From positions 9,559 through 73,558 of the forward strand of contig DATIPT010000037.1 of assembly GCA_035471625.1 (NCBI GenBank): DNA of 64,000 nucleotides, read 5' to 3'. The position numbers and the translations under genes are program-made. Under the pieces are notes generated by a model that was given only the letters and a program-made list of their open reading frames with translations, was not told the origin of the DNA and did not search any database. This DNA is from Anaerolineales bacterium. Its GTDB lineage: Bacteria > Chloroflexota > Anaerolineae > Anaerolineales > E44-bin32. Below are positions 61,848 through 64,000 of the stretch, one piece after another (within the stretch, counting starts at the first letter, position 1; every line of letters begins with the position of its first letter).

Positions 61848-62300
61848 ATGAAACGACTTTGGAAAGTTGGGCTCCTCCTGGCGCTCGTGGCGGCTTTGAG
61901 CGTGGCCGTCGTCGGCACGGCCGCCGCTCAGGAGGACGATCCCGAGACCCCGCCCTTCGGTGGGCGCGGCCTTGGGCTCCTGTGGGGTGGCGGCTGGGAG
62001 ATCTTCGACACCGTCGCCGAGACCCTGAAGCTGACCCCGGTCGAGCTCTTCACCGAGCTGCACGGTGGAAAGACGCTCGAAGAGGTGTCAGAGGCGCAGG
62101 GTGTGGATTTCGAATCCCTGCAGGACGTGATCCACTCTTCCCGCCAGGCGCAGCACCGGGAACGGATCGAACAGGCCGTGCAGGACGGCAAGTTGACGCG
62201 AGAGCAGGCGAACTGGATGCTGGAAGGACTTGAACTGGGGCTTGGACGCCTTGGCCGAGGCCTCCGGCACGGGTTCGGCCCTCCGCCGGTGACGGAGTAG
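61848..62300 (+). CDS. Secreted hypothetical protein
   Basis: Signal peptide KRLWKVGLLLALVAALSVAVVGTAAAQ. ATG 61848 is preceded by GCGGAGG. The mature part is helical. Confidence 0.5.
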   Translation: MKRLWKVGLLLALVAALSVAVVGTAAAQEDDPETPPFGGRGLGLLWGGGWEIFDTVAETLKLTPVELFTELHGGKTLEEVSEAQGVDFESLQDVIHSSRQAQHRERIEQAVQDGKLTREQANWMLEGLELGLGRLGRGLRHGFGPPPVTE

Positions 62301-62306
62301 CTGGAC

Positions 62307-62346
62307 GGAGGCCGTCGAGCAGGGGCGACTCGGCTCGACGGCCTCC
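62307..62346. terminator. Strong hairpin between convergent genes
   Basis: A 14-bp perfect stem GGAGGCCGTCGAGC/GCTCGACGGCCTCC with a 12-nt loop. Confidence 0.65.
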
Positions 62347-62438
62347 CCAGTGGCAGGACCGTCAGGGTTCGAAGAGCCTGGTCGCGACGTTGAAGGCCGC
62401 CGCCGAGAACCAGAAGTGGTTGACCGACACGATCGGGG

Positions 62439-62957
62439 TCAGGCGCGAATCCGCGAGGGGGCCGTCCACCGCACGCCCGAGGACGTCCCACTCGCTTCGA
62501 GTCTCGTTGTCGAGTGGGCGACCGTCCTCCGAAGAGAACGCAAGGGTTCGATCCTCGAGGACTCGTGAGAGGGCGGCGGCCGTACCGATGTCCCGTCCGC
62601 CGCGACCTCCATCGAGTCCCCATGGATCGCCACGGCGGTCAGCGCGTCCCGCTGTCGGTTGGTCAGCTCCTCGTCCAGCATCCGCCCAACCAAGACCAGC
62701 GCCTCGGACTGCTCCGCTGCCCGCTCGGTCGTCTCAGGGGCCCCACCGAACACTCCTGTCCCGCTGGGATCGACCAGCGATTCGAGCGAGACATCCCCCC
62801 ACCGTTGGCGCCGCAACTCGGTGAGGGCGATCCGCAGGGCGATCTTGTTGGCCCAAGTGGTGAAACGGCTCCACCCCTCGAACGTATCGAGCCGCTCGAG
62901 AATCCGGAGCAGCGCCTCCTGATCCGGCTGGGTGCGGCTCGCCACTGTCATTCCCAC
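62439..62957 (-). CDS. ECF sigma-factor-like protein, apparently lacking region 2.1/2.2 (possible remnant)
   Basis: It contains FEGWSRFTTWANKIALRIALTELRRQRW (region 2.3-2.4) and LTNRQRDALTAVAIHGDSMEVAA (region 4). Only about 11 residues precede the region where ECF sigmas normally have 40 or more, and the region 4.2 helix is divergent. Confidence 0.45.
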   Translation of the reverse strand: MGMTVASRTQPDQEALLRILERLDTFEGWSRFTTWANKIALRIALTELRRQRWGDVSLESLVDPSGTGVFGGAPETTERAAEQSEALVLVGRMLDEELTNRQRDALTAVAIHGDSMEVAADGTSVRPPPSHESSRIEPLRSLRRTVAHSTTRLEASGTSSGVRWTAPSRIRA

Positions 62958-63025
62958 TTCCGGGAGCGAACTCTGAGGCGCGTGCGGGAGACGGAAAGCC
63001 GTCCCTGAGCCGGGTCCCTGCCGAT

Positions 63026-64000
63026 CTACTTGTCCCGCAACAACCGGGACGAGTTGGCCATGATCCCCAGATCGGGGATCGATTGGGCCGCCGCCGCCAG
63101 GGCCGGCGGAAGGATCCCGAGGGCCGCCAGGGTCAGCCCGACGGCGTTGAAGGCGATGGTGAACAGGAGGTTGCCGCGCACGATACGCATCGTCCGGCGC
63201 GCAACCCGTACCGCCTCCGGAACGAGACGCCAGTCGTCGCGCAGGAGGGCGATGTCGGAAGCCTCAGCCGCGACCGCCGCCCCCGCGGTTCCGACAGCGA
63301 TCCCGACGTCGGCCTGGGCCAATGCCGGGGCATCGTTGATCCCGTCCCCGACCATCATCACCCGCCGCCCGCCCGCCTGAAGCTCGCGAACGTAGGCGAT
63401 CTTGTCTTGCGGCAGTAGGTCGGCCCGGTACGGAAGATCCAGATCGTTCGCCACCGCCAGGGCAGCGCCTGCCCGGTCGCCCGTGACTACTTCCAGGTGG
63501 TCGAAGCCCATGGCGCGCAGCTCGGCGACCGCTTCGCCGACTTCGGGTCGCTCGGCATCGGCTGCGGCCAGGATCCCGACCGGATGGCCGTCGAGCGAGA
63601 CGTGCAGCAACGTATAGCCTAGGTCTTCCAGCCTGCGGATCTCACCATTCCTGGCGGCATCCGGCAGCAGGCGATCACTCCCGACTTCAACTCTCCGTCC
63701 TCCGACGACGGCACGGACGCCGTGCCCGGGGATCGCTTCGAACGTCTCGGGAACGGCAATCTGCAGCCGGCGCGCTTCGGCCGCCGCGCGGACGGCGCGC
63801 GCCAGAGGATGCTCCGAATACCGCTCGGCGGCGGCAGCAATCGAAAGGACGTCGTCCTGGGAGATTCCCAGGGCGACGACCTCACGGATCTCGGGCCGGC
63901 CCAAGGTGAGGGTGCCCGTCTTGTCGAACAGCGCCACCCGCGCCCGGTCGAGCGCCTCGATCGCCCGGCCTCCTTTGATCAACAAGCCGCGACGGGCGGC
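63026..64000 (-). CDS. Heavy-metal-translocating P1B-type ATPase, C-terminal part (N-terminus beyond window)
   Basis: DKTGTLT phosphorylation motif, the hinge VGDGINDAPALAQADVGIA and the final two TM helices. The frame is open to the window end. Confidence 0.9.
   Translation of the reverse strand, partial: AARRGLLIKGGRAIEALDRARVALFDKTGTLTLGRPEIREVVALGISQDDVLSIAAAAERYSEHPLARAVRAAAEARRLQIAVPETFEAIPGHGVRAVVGGRRVEVGSDRLLPDAARNGEIRRLEDLGYTLLHVSLDGHPVGILAAADAERPEVGEAVAELRAMGFDHLEVVTGDRAGAALAVANDLDLPYRADLLPQDKIAYVRELQAGGRRVMMVGDGINDAPALAQADVGIAVGTAGAAVAAEASDIALLRDDWRLVPEAVRVARRTMRIVRGNLLFTIAFNAVGLTLAALGILPPALAAAAQSIPDLGIMANSSRLLRDK

Overview
The window is a GC-rich bacterial chromosomal segment that is densely coded on both strands. 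Many adjacent genes share 4-nt start/stop overlaps (ATGA, GTGA, TTGA). I support about 58 protein genes, 3 tRNAs (Ala-GGC, Ala-CGC, Asn-GTT), a T-box leader upstream of leuS and a TPP riboswitch upstream of a thiN-thiXYZ operon. I also mark several sigma70-type promoters and GC-rich terminator hairpins. I saw no transposase, integrase, CRISPR array or rRNA. Gene content (T-box leuS, DarA/YaaQ-like proteins, DUF4388+GTPase pair, ThiN-type thiamine pathway, frequent leaderless starts) suggests a Chloroflexota-like organism; this is inference only. Main hunt results follow. (1) Two selenoprotein genes are hidden from the ORF track by in-frame TGA codons. One is a membrane-anchored thioredoxin-fold protein with a U-x-x-C redox motif that heads a translationally coupled operon. 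The other is an Rdx/SelW-family C-x-x-U protein whose hairpin just after the TGA has a GGUCU apical loop like the E. coli fdhF SECIS. (2) A four-gene ion-transport operon carries three cyclic-di-AMP-receptor-type modules: a CBS-pair protein, a NhaP antiporter with a fused DarA/YaaQ-like domain, and a standalone DarA-like protein. (3) A TPP-riboswitch operon ends in a DUF402 phosphohydrolase-family gene, a candidate for the missing thiamine-phosphate phosphatase step. (4) Smaller items include an ABC ATPase that seems to need a CTG start, widespread leaderless promoters, a degenerate Zn-ribbon methylase-like 734-aa protein, and a frameshifted gene remnant. Many long ORFs in the track are antisense or alternative-frame artefacts of high GC content and were not called.
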